Below, piece by piece: positions 1 to 13,378 of a stretch of DNA of 64,000 nucleotides (positions are counted from its first letter, which is position 1; each line of letters starts with the position of its first letter). Source of the DNA: Escherichia coli (lineage in GTDB: Bacteria > Pseudomonadota > Gammaproteobacteria > Enterobacterales > Enterobacteriaceae). The notes beneath the pieces were generated by a model. It was given only the letters and a program-made list of their open reading frames with translations. It did no database searches and was not told where the DNA came from. The stretch is taken from the NCBI RefSeq assembly GCF_013315695.1, contig NZ_CP054355.1. One strand, 5' to 3'. The translations under genes and the position numbers were made by a program.

Positions 1-978
1 GTGGATAAGTCGTCCGGTGAGCTGGTGACACTGACACCAAACAATAACAACACCGTACAACCTGTGGCGCTGATGCGTCTGGGCGTCTTTGTACCTACCC
101 TTAAGTCACTGAAGAACAGTAAAAAAAATACACTGTCACGCACCGATGCCACGGAAGAACTGACGCGTCTTTCTCTGGCCCGTGCAGAAGGATTCGATAA
201 GGTTGAGATCACCGGCCCCCGGCTGGATATGGATAACGATTTCAAGACCTGGGTGGGGATCATTCATTCCTTTGCCCGCCATAACGTGATTGGTGACAAA
301 GTTGAACTGCCTTTTGTCGAGTTTGCAAAACTGTGTGGTATACCCTCAAGCCAGTCATCACGCAGGCTGCGTGAGCGCATCAGCCCTTCCCTGAAACGCA
401 TTGCCGGTACCGTGATCTCCTTTTCCCGCACCGATGAGAAGCACACCCGGGAATACATCACCCATCTGGTACAGTCAGCCTACTACGATACTGAACGGGA
501 TATTGTTCAGTTACAGGCTGATCCCCGCCTTTTTGAACTGTACCAGTTTGACAGAAAGGTCCTTCTTCAGCTTAAGGCGATTAATGCCCTGAAGCGACGG
601 GAGTCCGCCCAGGCACTTTACACCTTTATAGAGAGCCTGCCCCGGGATCCGGCACCGATATCGCTGGCGCGGCTGCGTGCACGCCTCAATCTGAAGTCTC
701 CTGTATTTTCCCAGAACCAGACGGTCAGACGGGCAATGGAGCAGTTGCGCGAGATTGGATATCTTGATTACACGGAGATCCAGCGGGGGCGGACAAAATT
801 CTTCTGTATTCACTACCGGCGTCCCCGGTTAAAAGCGCCGAATGATGAGAGTAAGGAAAATCAGTTGCCACCTTCACCTGCGGAAAAAATCAGTCCGGAG
901 ATGGCGGAGAAGCTTGCCCTGCTTGAAAAACTGGGCATCACGCTGGATGACCTGGAAAAACTCTTCAAATCCCGCTGA
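1..978 (+). CDS. repA: RepFIB-type plasmid replication initiator RepA (325 aa)
   Basis: ORF track 1..978 (GTG start at window edge); sequence recognised as IncFIB RepA ([17 protein letters not shown]...); iteron-like repeats immediately downstream. Confidence 0.85.
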   Translation: MDKSSGELVTLTPNNNNTVQPVALMRLGVFVPTLKSLKNSKKNTLSRTDATEELTRLSLARAEGFDKVEITGPRLDMDNDFKTWVGIIHSFARHNVIGDKVELPFVEFAKLCGIPSSQSSRRLRERISPSLKRIAGTVISFSRTDEKHTREYITHLVQSAYYDTERDIVQLQADPRLFELYQFDRKVLLQLKAINALKRRESAQALYTFIESLPRDPAPISLARLRARLNLKSPVFSQNQTVRRAMEQLREIGYLDYTEIQRGRTKFFCIHYRRPRLKAPNDESKENQLPPSPAEKISPEMAEKLALLEKLGITLDDLEKLFKSR

Positions 979-981
979 ACA

Positions 982-1152
982 TAAACTGTAGTCAGATAAG
1001 AGAGACTCTTTACTGACTACAGTTTATATTAACAGGTGCAGTGAGTGATGTGCTCACTGTAGTTTATATTCAGTTTCCTGCTGCACTGTCTGTGGCTGAG
1101 CTGCCATCTGCCTGTTCCTTACATAAAACACGGCTTACTCACTACAGTTTAT
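982..1152. repeat. RepFIB iteron-like repeats (ctgactacagtttat-type copies, one inverted)
   Basis: Copies of a ~15-20 bp motif read directly at about 982-996 (inverted), 1012-1030, 1054-1070 and 1137-1152. Confidence 0.5.
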
Positions 1153-1220
1153 CTACCTGCTATAGCTTATGTTATGCCTGTTCTGCTTACCTCCGCTTAT
1201 ATAAGGAAGAGCGTATGCTG

Positions 1221-1961
1221 TCACTTCAGGGGAGGCAGTGTACGCAGGATCTCTGCAGCATCGCGCCCGTCACCTGTGAAAGGCACTGCCAGCGTGGCAG
1301 CCATATCCAGCGCAAAAACTCTGGTATAAACCTCCATCGAACGTGGATCCCTGTGACCAGCCAGTGCCTGGATGACTTTCCGGGGCTGGCGGTGATAGAG
1401 CATGTGCATGATATAGCTGTGCCGGAAGGTATGTGGTGTGACCGGAATCGAAAAATGCACGCCGTCAGCTTCAGCCCGCTTCACCGCCTGTTTCAGCCAG
1501 TTGCGCATTGTCTCATCCGTGACCGGCCATAACGGCTCCCGCCGGCGGGGCCGGGTGGTGATCATCCAGCTTTCCATCTGCCTGACATAGCTTATATCTG
1601 TCAGCGGAACCAGGCGCACTTCATCTTTTGGCGGGCGTCCGCGTCGCGCACGCACTTTTTCGGACAGGATCCGCACAAACGGTCTTACTCCATCCAGGTC
1701 AAATGATTCCGGCGTCAGCATCCGGGCTTCGCCAATACGCATTCCGGTATTCCAGAGGGTGGCGAACAGCATATGGTGACGCTGATCCGGCATATAGAAA
1801 AGAAGGGCACTCACTTCCGGGGCCAGCAGGTAGGCCGGTGTGGCCCCCGTGGAAGTGGCCATTCTTCTCAGGGAGAGCGCTGTTGCAAAATCCACCCCCG
1901 GCGCAATGGGTAACAGGGAGACGCGTTCTGGTGAATTCTGCAGGGGAATGACATTGTTCAT
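1221..1961 (-). CDS. int: Tyrosine site-specific recombinase (phage integrase family) associated with RepFIB
   Basis: 246-aa ORF with C-terminal R...HxxR...Y catalytic-type motifs (HTFRHSY, GHRD...Y); position next to RepFIB as in F-like plasmids. Confidence 0.75.
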   Translation of the reverse strand: MNNVIPLQNSPERVSLLPIAPGVDFATALSLRRMATSTGATPAYLLAPEVSALLFYMPDQRHHMLFATLWNTGMRIGEARMLTPESFDLDGVRPFVRILSEKVRARRGRPPKDEVRLVPLTDISYVRQMESWMITTRPRRREPLWPVTDETMRNWLKQAVKRAEADGVHFSIPVTPHTFRHSYIMHMLYHRQPRKVIQALAGHRDPRSMEVYTRVFALDMAATLAVPFTGDGRDAAEILRTLPPLK

Positions 1962-2341
1962 GAGTTATTTTTCACGTAGCACACGCACTGTTTATGGATA
2001 CAGGTATTCTGACCTGAACGCCCGGATCCTTCCACGACAATAAATCGCAGCGCGCGGATCCTTTTGTTTGATTATCACGCATTATTGCGGGTAAAACCAA
2101 ATGCGTAAAGGCGCATTTTGCCGCAGGGATCCCGTCTTAAGCCAGTCATGGTGCGGGCTGAGAGCTGGTTTACCGTTTTTGGGAGAATTGGGGTAATGCC
2201 AGGAACAGGCAGATACGGAGAAAAATCCTGCAGATAACCTTCTACGACAACTGAAGGTGTCTGACGCCATATTCTTAGCTACTTCTCAGTTTTAAGGCGG
2301 CTTAGTCACAACATAAGGTTATGCATAATAAGCATATTTTA

Positions 2342-2361
2342 TTATGTTATGTTATGTTATG
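2342..2361. repeat. Pentanucleotide tandem repeat (TTATG)x4
   Basis: Read directly: ttatgttatgttatgttatg in an AT-rich intergenic region. Confidence 0.6.
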
Positions 2362-2577
2362 GTCTTGTTCATGCATGAACTGTTATCTATTCAGTCACTT
2401 TTAACGTTTTATATCATACTGCATATGACACAATCATCTTCTATATTCAGATTAAAAATATTATGACGACGATCAAATAAATTTAGTGAAATCATTACTT
2501 ACAATAATATGTTTATGACATAATTTATCAAAAATATCCGACAACCTTCCTGAAAGGTTACTGCGAGGAGTCAAACA

Positions 2578-2640
2578 ATGAAGTGTAATAACTTATTCAC
2601 TCTTTTTTATGCTCTCTTTATAGCAAAACCAGGAAGTTAA
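2578..2640 (+). CDS. Putative 20-codon small ORF (MKCNNLFTLFYALFIAKPGS) preceded by GAGGAG Shine-Dalgarno
   Basis: Manual reading: GAGGAG about 8 nt upstream of ATG; stop TAA abuts the ATG of the following membrane-protein ORF; below ORF-track size cutoff. Confidence 0.25.
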   Translation: MKCNNLFTLFYALFIAKPGS

Positions 2641-2641
2641 A

Positions 2642-3811
2642 ATGAATCAGAAGTGGAAGACGCTAATAGTTTCAGTATTAACACCATCAAGTATTATATC
2701 AGGGATTGCGTTGATAGTTCTCTGGGGATATTTCAGTCGTCTGGATCGACTTGATATTTTCTTTGATGTGATGAATATTAAAAGCATCTTGGTATTGGTT
2801 TGTTGTACAACTATTCTATCATTGATTATGATCATTTTTATTTTTTTTATAACATCTTTTTTTATACCAATAGTTATTCCTTATGATATAAAAAATCTTC
2901 CTGCTTACAATAAGATTCAGGGTAATTTTTTATCTGTAATGATGTTATCTGGCCTCTTCCCCATGGCCTTTATATACGTGTTATACTGTGCATTTGATTT
3001 TGACCAGAGTGTTAAAGATAACTCTGGCTGGTTATCTATTTTAAGTATAGGAGTACTAATAGTTGTTATTTCAGCCATAATAAACACGAGGTATCTTGAA
3101 TATGACTTATCGTTTAAAAATAATAGAATGAAACTGTTGAGACGTGTTCAGATCTATCTTGTCATTCCGTTGTCTATTGCTTTACTGGTGCATCTTCAGG
3201 TAATTCCACTGGAGATGGTTTTTAGGAATATTGAAACTTCAGATAAGAGTATTAATTTCAAAGTGATAGCTGAACTGGCTTTCATGTCATATTTTATTTT
3301 TATTCTGACAATACTTCCCGGCCTCATTTATCTAAAAATGAATCCACAGCATAAACTTTCTAAAAGAATTAGTTCTGCATTTGTCGCATCCTTGATGATA
3401 TTATTAGTTATATCGACTCAAATAACCGTATTACCAGTAATTTTTACCCATTCAGTTATTAAGCTCTCAGGTATAAGTGACTTCAAAATACATAGCTACA
3501 TTATTAAAACAAGTGAATATCCGGAGGAGTTTTTTTCCAATGCAGTATGGGGTAAAAAAAATATAAAACCGGGGGAATATTACTCTGTGCAGGCTGTTTC
3601 TATGTTTACGACAAACCAGTTTATTCTCCTTTGTCCCAAGGATATTATAAGGTTTTATCGGGAAAGCTGGAAGTTCGACCTGCTTAATGTAGACTTCGAT
3701 ACAAATACCAGGAAGAAACTCCAGGAAGAAGCAGCATATTGCGTACCAATTTCTGCAATATCTGTAAAACGATGGGATATGCCTCTTCAGGGCTCGAAAC
3801 CCTCAAATTAG
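2642..3811 (+). CDS. Hypothetical polytopic inner-membrane protein (about 8 predicted TM helices plus about 120-aa C-terminal soluble domain)
   Basis: ORF track 389 aa; long hydrophobic stretches; AT-rich codon usage; no family recognised. Confidence 0.5.
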   Translation: MNQKWKTLIVSVLTPSSIISGIALIVLWGYFSRLDRLDIFFDVMNIKSILVLVCCTTILSLIMIIFIFFITSFFIPIVIPYDIKNLPAYNKIQGNFLSVMMLSGLFPMAFIYVLYCAFDFDQSVKDNSGWLSILSIGVLIVVISAIINTRYLEYDLSFKNNRMKLLRRVQIYLVIPLSIALLVHLQVIPLEMVFRNIETSDKSINFKVIAELAFMSYFIFILTILPGLIYLKMNPQHKLSKRISSAFVASLMILLVISTQITVLPVIFTHSVIKLSGISDFKIHSYIIKTSEYPEEFFSNAVWGKKNIKPGEYYSVQAVSMFTTNQFILLCPKDIIRFYRESWKFDLLNVDFDTNTRKKLQEEAAYCVPISAISVKRWDMPLQGSKPSN

Positions 3812-3889
3812 AAGGCCGCTCGTGCGACTGTATTAGATAGTAATGCGGTATGGAAAAATAGTGATGGCAAGATGAACTTGACTTGGCTA

Positions 3890-4141
<252 letters not shown>

Positions 4142-4657
4142 TTATTTCCGAACCTCGCCCTTGCCTGCGTAACCATCCGTCGCCCCCATCCTGTTTTCAG
4201 ACTGCGGAAAAAGGCAAGTTTTTATCCCCCCACAGAGATTCAATCATATATCGCGTGTTTTGGAAGTGACAGTTCTTATTCCTGAGAATACTGCATGTGC
4301 AACACACTCGGCATCCATCGATACCACTTTTATCTCCAATAGGCAGGATAAAAAACAAGACTGTGAATTAAAGTAATCGGCAAATGAATGAGTTAGAAGA
4401 TACTGAAAATGAATCAAGGACTAACCCCGTAGGGAATGAAAATAATAAAAGAACATCTTGTTTTTATTTTAATGAATGAGCATGTTCTTTTATATTAATA
4501 ACAAAACCTATCATTAAACAAAATGATGAATGACAGAGTTTTCTTTAAAATAGCTTATATTATCTTACAGTAGCTGACATAGTGCAATATAAATTATCAG
4601 CTATGCCATAACGGCTTAGCAGTGTCTAAGCGTAAGAATCAAGACTTCAGTTACAGT

Positions 4658-4873
4658 TTACTCACGGTAGAAATATTTAAGAGCACTAACAATACTGTGT
4701 GTATAGTTTAGTTTTTTTAGGCATAGGCAAAAATAACTAATGGAAACATTGTTCCTTTCACAACTTTCTTGCTTTGAATAACCATCAACCAAATACTCCT
4801 TAAGAGCCATGATGTTTTTTTTACTTCTGATTGGTGATATTTCAATTAAAAGTGAAAAGTGTTCTCCATTCAT
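4658..4873 (-). CDS. PapB/FaeB/PefB-family fimbrial operon regulator (orphan)
   Basis: ORF 4658..4930; segment EHFSLLIEISPIRSKKNIMALKEYLVDGYSKQESCERNNVSISYF parallels PapB (HFFLLIGISSIHSDRVILAMKDYLVGGHSRKEVCEKYQMNNGYF); likely start at internal Met. Confidence 0.55.
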   Translation of the reverse strand: MNGEHFSLLIEISPIRSKKNIMALKEYLVDGYSKQESCERNNVSISYFCLCLKKLNYTHSIVSALKYFYRE

Positions 4874-5454
4874 ACATGATTGAATTAGCTCTGTATTAAA
4901 GTTATTTCTTGGATAGGGGGAGGGAGTCATATATTATCTAACCTTATTTTTCTATTAAAGAATTGAAATAGAATAGACAGAAATGCTATTGGAGTAAGTA
5001 TTTGATAGTAGGTAATTTACGCTCCTATATAGACTATTGTTACTCATATAATATTTTGGGGTGGCTTATGTTGTGACAGCGCCAGTTGTTAAAAACGTTG
5101 TACCGTCATACGGGATAATATAGAACAACCAATAACGATTACTGGTCTATGACCACCGCCAGAGATACAGAAAAGCTTTATCTGTAATGAGCTCAACTAT
5201 ATATCCCGTCAACTGCTGGTTCAGAGCGTTGTCGTAAAAATCCTGTGCAAATAAATTAGTCATATATCAAGCCATTTACGCGGTAACTGGCAGGTCTGAA
5301 ATTTAACCTCCTGACGATGCAGGCTTGCATACATCCATAGTTTTACTTTGGTATGTGACTCTAAGTATGTAGATCATCAGTCCGGCATGGAACGCTGTTT
5401 TGACCCGCTAAAATCCTTACGGAAAAGTAAGGATGTGGATTTGCCCCTATATTT

Positions 5455-5568
5455 CCAGTCATCGGTTCGTCTGAGAATGACGTGCAACTGCGCACGCGAC
5501 ACCCGGAGACAACGGCTGACTAAGCTTACTCCCCATCCCCGGGCAATAAGGGCGCGTGCGCTATCCAC
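5455..5568 (-). pseudogene. insD: IS2 insD 5' fragment (truncated transposase OrfB)
   Basis: [38 protein letters not shown] then unrelated sequence. Confidence 0.7.
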
Positions 5569-5891
5569 TTTTTTGCACGCCCATATTCAACGGCTTCTTT
5601 AAGGAGTTCATTTTCCATCGTTTTTTTGCCGAGCAGGCGCTGGAGTTCTTTAATCTGCTTCATGGCAGCAGCAAGTTCAGAGGCAGGAACGACCTGTTCT
5701 CCTGCGGCCACAGCAGTAAGACTTCCCTCCTGGTATTGCTTGCGCCAGAGAAATAACTGGCTGGCTGCCACACCGTGTTGCCGGGCAACAAGGGAGACCG
5801 TCATTCCCGGTTCAAAGCTCTGCTGAACAATAGCGATCTTTTCCTGTGTAGTACGCCGTCTGCGTTTCTCCGGTCCTAAGACATCAATCAT
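5526..5891 (-). CDS. insC: IS2 transposase OrfA (InsC)
   Basis: Protein [56 protein letters not shown]... matches IS2 InsC. Confidence 0.85.
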
Positions 5892-6132
5892 CTGTTCTCC
5901 AATGACTAGTCTAAAAACTAGTATTAAGACTATCACTTATTTAAGTGATATTGGTTGTCTGGAGATTCAGGGGGCCAGTCTAAATTCCGTATTGCTGGTT
6001 CTTTATCGGTAGAAAAATCAATATCCATAGCATCGGTCGCAGGCGCTGATACATTGCAGAGCGACCGGGTATTAGAGTCGCTATTCACTGGTTATCACTG
6101 AACGCTGCGTGATCAGGGTTGCATTAATAAAA

Positions 6133-6152
6133 TGATATGTTATAACATATCA
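6133..6152. promoter_or_regulatory. Perfect 20-bp palindrome tgatatgttataacatatca, candidate Fur-like operator upstream of heme receptor gene
   Basis: Read directly; perfect dyad symmetry, AT-rich hexamers resembling Fur-box repeats; 21 bp upstream of ORF start. Confidence 0.35.
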
Positions 6153-6172
6153 ATATTAACATATATTTTCGC

Positions 6173-8143
6173 ATGTATATGAACGTAATCAGAAACGTCA
6201 TTTGTACATTAATCATACTCCCGATAGGGTTACAGGCAGAGACCAGTCATTCTTCTATGGCTAAAGATACAATCACCGTTGTCGCGACAGGAAATCAGAA
6301 CACGGTATTTGAAACGCCGTCAATGGTCAGTGTCGTCACGAATGACACGCCATGGAGTCAGAATGCGGTCACATCAGCCGGCATGCTGAAAGGTGTTGCC
6401 GGTCTCAGCCAGACTGGTGCAGGACGGACCAATGGGCAGACCTTTAATCTACGCGGCTATGACAAAAGCGGGGTACTTGTTCTTGTTGACGGCATCCGTC
6501 AACTCAGTGACATGGCAAAAAGCAGTGGCACTTATCTGGATCCGGCACTCGTCAAACGTATCGAAGTTGTCCGCGGACCAAACTCCAGTCTGTACGGCAG
6601 TGGCGGGCTGGGAGGTGTTGTGGACTTCAGAACTGCCGATGCAGCAGATTTCCTTCCCCCCGGAGAGACAAACGGTTTAAGTCTGTGGGGAAATATCGCC
6701 AGTGGTGACCACAGCACAGGCTCGGGGCTCACCTGGTTCGGTAAAACCGGAAAAACAGATGCGCTCCTTTCTGTCATTATGCGTAAAAGAGGTAATATCT
6801 ATCAAAGTGATGGTGAGCGCGCACCTAACAAGGAAAAACCTGCAGCCCTGTTTGCGAAAGGCTCTGTCGGTATAACAGACAGTAACAAAGCAGGTGCCAG
6901 CTTGCGTCTCTACCGGAATAACACCACTGAACCGGGCAATCCCACTCAGACACATGGTGACAGCGGCCTGCGTGACAGAAAAACAGTACAAAATGACGTA
7001 CAGTTCTGGTACCAGTACGCTCCTGTGGATAACAGCCTCATCAATGTAAAGTCAACTTTATATCTCAGTGATATCACTATCAAGACAAACGGTCACAACA
7101 AAACGGCAGAATGGAGAAACAACAGAACCTCCGGTGTTAATGTTGTCAACAGGAGTCATACTCTGATTTTTCCGGGAGCCCATCAGTTAAGTTATGGCGC
7201 TGAATATTACCGTCAGCAGCAGAAGCCAGAAGGCTCTGCCACACTATATCCGGAAGGAAACATTGACTTTACATCGTTGTATTTCCAGGATGAAATGACA
7301 ATGAAAAGCTACCCGGTTAACATTATCGTCGGTTCCCGCTATGACCGGTACAAGAGCTTCAATCCCCGTGCCGGAGAACTGAAAGCCGAACGCCTGTCCC
7401 CAAGGGCGGCGATTTCAGTCTCACCGACAGACTGGCTGATGATGTACGGCTCCATATCCTCTGCATTCCGTGCCCCCACAATGGCAGAAATGTACAGGGA
7501 TGATGTACATTTTTACCGCAAGGGTAAACCCAATTACTGGGTACCTAACCTTAATCTGAAACCAGAAAATAACATTACCCGTGAGATTGGCGCAGGTATT
7601 CAACTGGACGGCCTGCTTACAGGCAATGATCGGCTGCAGTTGAAAGGCGGATATTTCGGAACGGATGCCAGAAACTATATTGCCACGCGCGTGGATATGA
7701 AACGGATGCGTTCTTATTCTTATAATGTATCCCGGGCCCGTATCTGGGGATGGGATATGCAGGGAAATTACCAGTCTGATTATTTTGACTGGATGCTTTC
7801 TTATAACCGCACGGAAAGTATGGATGCCAGCAGCAGGGAATGGCTGGGCTCCGGCAATCCTGACACACTCATCAGTGACATCAGTATACCTGTTGGTCAT
7901 GGAGGAGTTTCTGCCGGATGGCGTGCTGAACTTTCGGCAGCAGCCACGCATGTGAAAAAAGGCGATCCCCATCAGGCTGGCTATGCCGTACATTCCTTTT
8001 CACTGTCTTATAAGCCTGTAAGTGTTAAAGGCTTTGAGGCATCAGTGACTCTGGATAATGCCTTCAACAAGCTTGCCATGAATGGCAAAGGAGTGCCGCT
8101 TTCAGGCAGAACTGTCAGTCTTTATACCCGTTATCAGTGGTAA
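6173..8143 (+). CDS. TonB-dependent outer-membrane heme/hemoglobin receptor (ChuA/ShuA family)
   Basis: 656 aa; N-terminal TonB-box-like DTITVVA; blocks YGAEYYRQQQKPEG, SAFRAPTMAEMY, YWVPNLNLKPE and C-terminal YQW closely parallel ChuA. Confidence 0.8.
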   Translation: MYMNVIRNVICTLIILPIGLQAETSHSSMAKDTITVVATGNQNTVFETPSMVSVVTNDTPWSQNAVTSAGMLKGVAGLSQTGAGRTNGQTFNLRGYDKSGVLVLVDGIRQLSDMAKSSGTYLDPALVKRIEVVRGPNSSLYGSGGLGGVVDFRTADAADFLPPGETNGLSLWGNIASGDHSTGSGLTWFGKTGKTDALLSVIMRKRGNIYQSDGERAPNKEKPAALFAKGSVGITDSNKAGASLRLYRNNTTEPGNPTQTHGDSGLRDRKTVQNDVQFWYQYAPVDNSLINVKSTLYLSDITIKTNGHNKTAEWRNNRTSGVNVVNRSHTLIFPGAHQLSYGAEYYRQQQKPEGSATLYPEGNIDFTSLYFQDEMTMKSYPVNIIVGSRYDRYKSFNPRAGELKAERLSPRAAISVSPTDWLMMYGSISSAFRAPTMAEMYRDDVHFYRKGKPNYWVPNLNLKPENNITREIGAGIQLDGLLTGNDRLQLKGGYFGTDARNYIATRVDMKRMRSYSYNVSRARIWGWDMQGNYQSDYFDWMLSYNRTESMDASSREWLGSGNPDTLISDISIPVGHGGVSAGWRAELSAAATHVKKGDPHQAGYAVHSFSLSYKPVSVKGFEASVTLDNAFNKLAMNGKGVPLSGRTVSLYTRYQW

Positions 8144-8149
8144 CAAATC

Positions 8150-8941
8150 ATGATGAAAAATACAGGTTATATCTTAGCTCTTTGTCTGACAGCATCGGGG
8201 CATGTCCTGGCCCACGATGTCTGGATTACAGGTAAACAGGCAGAGAACAACATTACCGCAGAGATTGGTTATGGTCATAATTTCCCCTCAAAGGGCACAA
8301 TTCCTGACAGAAGGAATTTCTTTGAAAATCCCCGGATTTATAACGGGAAAGAGACAATAACACTGAAGCCAGCGTCCACGGATTATGTCTATAAAACTGA
8401 GTCTGCAAGCAAAGATAATGGCTACGTTTTGTCAACATATATGAAACCGGGATACTGGTCGAGAACCTCTTCAGGATGGAAACCGGTCAGCCGGGAGGGC
8501 AGAAATGATGTGGCTTACTGTGAGTTTGTCACTAAATATGCGAAATCTTTTATTCCTGGTGAACAGCAGATGCCAGCACAACTCTATCAGTCTCCAACGG
8601 GGCATGAGCTTGAAATCATTCCGTTATCCGATATAAGTCGTTTCAGTGAAGATGTGAAGCTGAAAGTCCTGTATAAAACGTCCCCGCTCGCCGGAGCTAT
8701 CATGGAGCTTGACTCGGTCAGTTATCTGAAATCATCCCGTCATACTCATGCAGTTGAGCACAAACATCCTGTTCATAAAGCAGAACTCACCTTTGTAACT
8801 AATGAGGATGGTATCGTCACAGTACCTTCTCTTCATATTGGACAGTGGCTGGCGAAAGTCCAAAATAAGAAAAGTTTTCAGGACAAAAGCCTGTGTGATG
8901 AAACTGTCGATGTGGCAACTTTAAGTTTCTCCCGAAATTAA
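8150..8941 (+). CDS. Secreted/periplasmic protein, possibly DUF4198-like partner of TonB-dependent receptor
   Basis: 263 aa with signal peptide and mature start AHDVWI; 6 bp downstream of receptor gene; family assignment from memory only. Confidence 0.4.
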   Translation: MMKNTGYILALCLTASGHVLAHDVWITGKQAENNITAEIGYGHNFPSKGTIPDRRNFFENPRIYNGKETITLKPASTDYVYKTESASKDNGYVLSTYMKPGYWSRTSSGWKPVSREGRNDVAYCEFVTKYAKSFIPGEQQMPAQLYQSPTGHELEIIPLSDISRFSEDVKLKVLYKTSPLAGAIMELDSVSYLKSSRHTHAVEHKHPVHKAELTFVTNEDGIVTVPSLHIGQWLAKVQNKKSFQDKSLCDETVDVATLSFSRN

Positions 8942-9003
8942 CAATACTATTCCCTGCCCTGAAATTGTAAGCGTGCAGCAAGAACCGTATTGACGGGGAT
9001 GTG

Positions 9004-9522
9004 TTATTCAGTCGGCAGTGCTACGCGCCAGGGGAGCAGTTCGCCGACCCGGTTTATCGGCCAGTCGGCTATGACGTCAAGGACATAGCGGAGGTAGCTT
9101 TCTGGCTCCACTCCGTTCAGTTTGCACGTCCCGATCAGGCTGTACAGCAGCGCTCCCCGCTCTCCTCCATGATCCGAACCGAAGAACAGGTAGTTTTTGC
9201 GGCCCAGACTGACCATCCGCAACGCATTTTCAGCGATGTTATTGTCCGCCTCAGCCCAGCCATCATCTGCATAGTACGTCAGCGCCGGCCACTGGTTCAG
9301 GGCGTATGCGAACGCTTTCGCCAGTTCTGAGTGTCGCGACAGGGTTTTCATCTTTTCACGCAGCCAGCTTTCCAGGGATTTCAGCAGCGGTTTCGTTTTC
9401 AACTGACGTTCGGCAAGGCGCTGCTCCGCCGTCATTCCCCTTATCTCTGCCTCGATGGCGTACAGTTCGCCGATCCGTTTCAGCGCTTCCTCCGTCAGGG
9501 CTGACGGGGTGCGAACGTGCAC
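9004..9522 (-). pseudogene. IS66-family transposase (orfC) C-terminal part
   Basis: Contains ...[10 protein letters not shown]...[42 protein letters not shown]... continuing the frame broken by IS100. Confidence 0.75.
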
Positions 9523-9547
9523 ATCGTGGATTTTACGGCGGGCGTGA

Positions 9548-12502
<2,955 letters not shown>

Positions 12503-12550
12503 ACCGGGTATATTACCAGGCTCATTCAGCGTCGACCAGGATAAAGAGGC

Positions 12551-12898
12551 TTACAACATAGTCAGGGACGTAAGCAGTCTTTTAGGCTGCCGCCAGTCGA
12601 TACCTTCCAGCAGCATCGCCAGCTGTGCCGGTGTGAGGAACACTTTGCCATCCCGGGCTGACGGCCAGGCGAAGCGGCCGCGCTCCAGCCGTTTGGTCAG
12701 CAGACACAGTCCATCGCCGGTAGACCAGAGGAGCTTTACCTGACTGCCATTACGCCCACGGAAGATAAAAACGTGACCTGACATCGGATCGTCTTTCAGC
12801 GTCGTCTGCACCTTTGCCGCCAGGCCGTTGAAGCCGTTTCTCATATCGGTGATGCCAGCGACCAGCCAGATCTTTGTCCCTGATGGTAATGGGATCAA
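12551..12898 (-). CDS. IS66-family OrfB (TnpB accessory protein)
   Basis: 115 aa MIPLPSGTKIWLVAGITDMRNGFNGLAAKVQ...; typical IS66 orfB. Confidence 0.8.
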   Translation of the reverse strand: MIPLPSGTKIWLVAGITDMRNGFNGLAAKVQTTLKDDPMSGHVFIFRGRNGSQVKLLWSTGDGLCLLTKRLERGRFAWPSARDGKVFLTPAQLAMLLEGIDWRQPKRLLTSLTML

Positions 12899-13299
12899 CG
12901 TTTGAGCTCCCGTATCAGCAGGTTCAGGATATTTTCGCTGATGGCACCATTCAGACGGAGTGATCCGTGCCGGAACGTCACTTCACAGCTGATATTGAGT
13001 GATTCAGGTGTCGCAGCAGCTACAGGTTGTGACCGGGGGGAGGTTGTAGGGACAACATCTTCGGCATCAAGTGTTATCGGGAGCAGCTCAGGCACGTTGT
13101 TTTCTGTTGTTGAAGGAGGACGTAGTTTTCCTTCGCGCCAGTACTGGCGCCACTTGAACAGCAAATTATCGTTGATCCCATGCTCACGAGCGAGTTGCGC
13201 TACGGAGATCTCTGGTCGATGCGAGAGTTCAACCATTTTGATTTTGAACTCAACGGGATAATTAGGGCTTTTTTTACGCACTGCGGTTAATGATTTCAT
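12895..13299 (-). CDS. IS66-family OrfA (accessory protein)
   Basis: 134 aa; overlaps orfB by 4 nt as in IS66 elements. Confidence 0.8.
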   Translation of the reverse strand: MKSLTAVRKKSPNYPVEFKIKMVELSHRPEISVAQLAREHGINDNLLFKWRQYWREGKLRPPSTTENNVPELLPITLDAEDVVPTTSPRSQPVAAATPESLNISCEVTFRHGSLRLNGAISENILNLLIRELKR

Positions 13300-13378
13300 G
13301 GATAGCGTCCACCATATTTGGTGTCCACTATTCTCTCAGGAATTTCAGGATCTGCCAGACGGTGCTGAGACGACGCTT

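Larger units (their letters stand above)
5455..5982 (-). mobile_element. IS2 remnant (left end with IR, insC and 5' part of insD; right part deleted)
   Basis: IS2 left terminus tagactggccccctgaatctccagacaacc found as reverse complement ending at 5982; InsD reading frame diverges from IS2 after about 38 codons. Confidence 0.8.

Noticed and set aside
1041-1532. 163-aa plus-strand ORF
   Set aside because: Spans the RepFIB iteron region and is antisense to the integrase gene; no coding signal.
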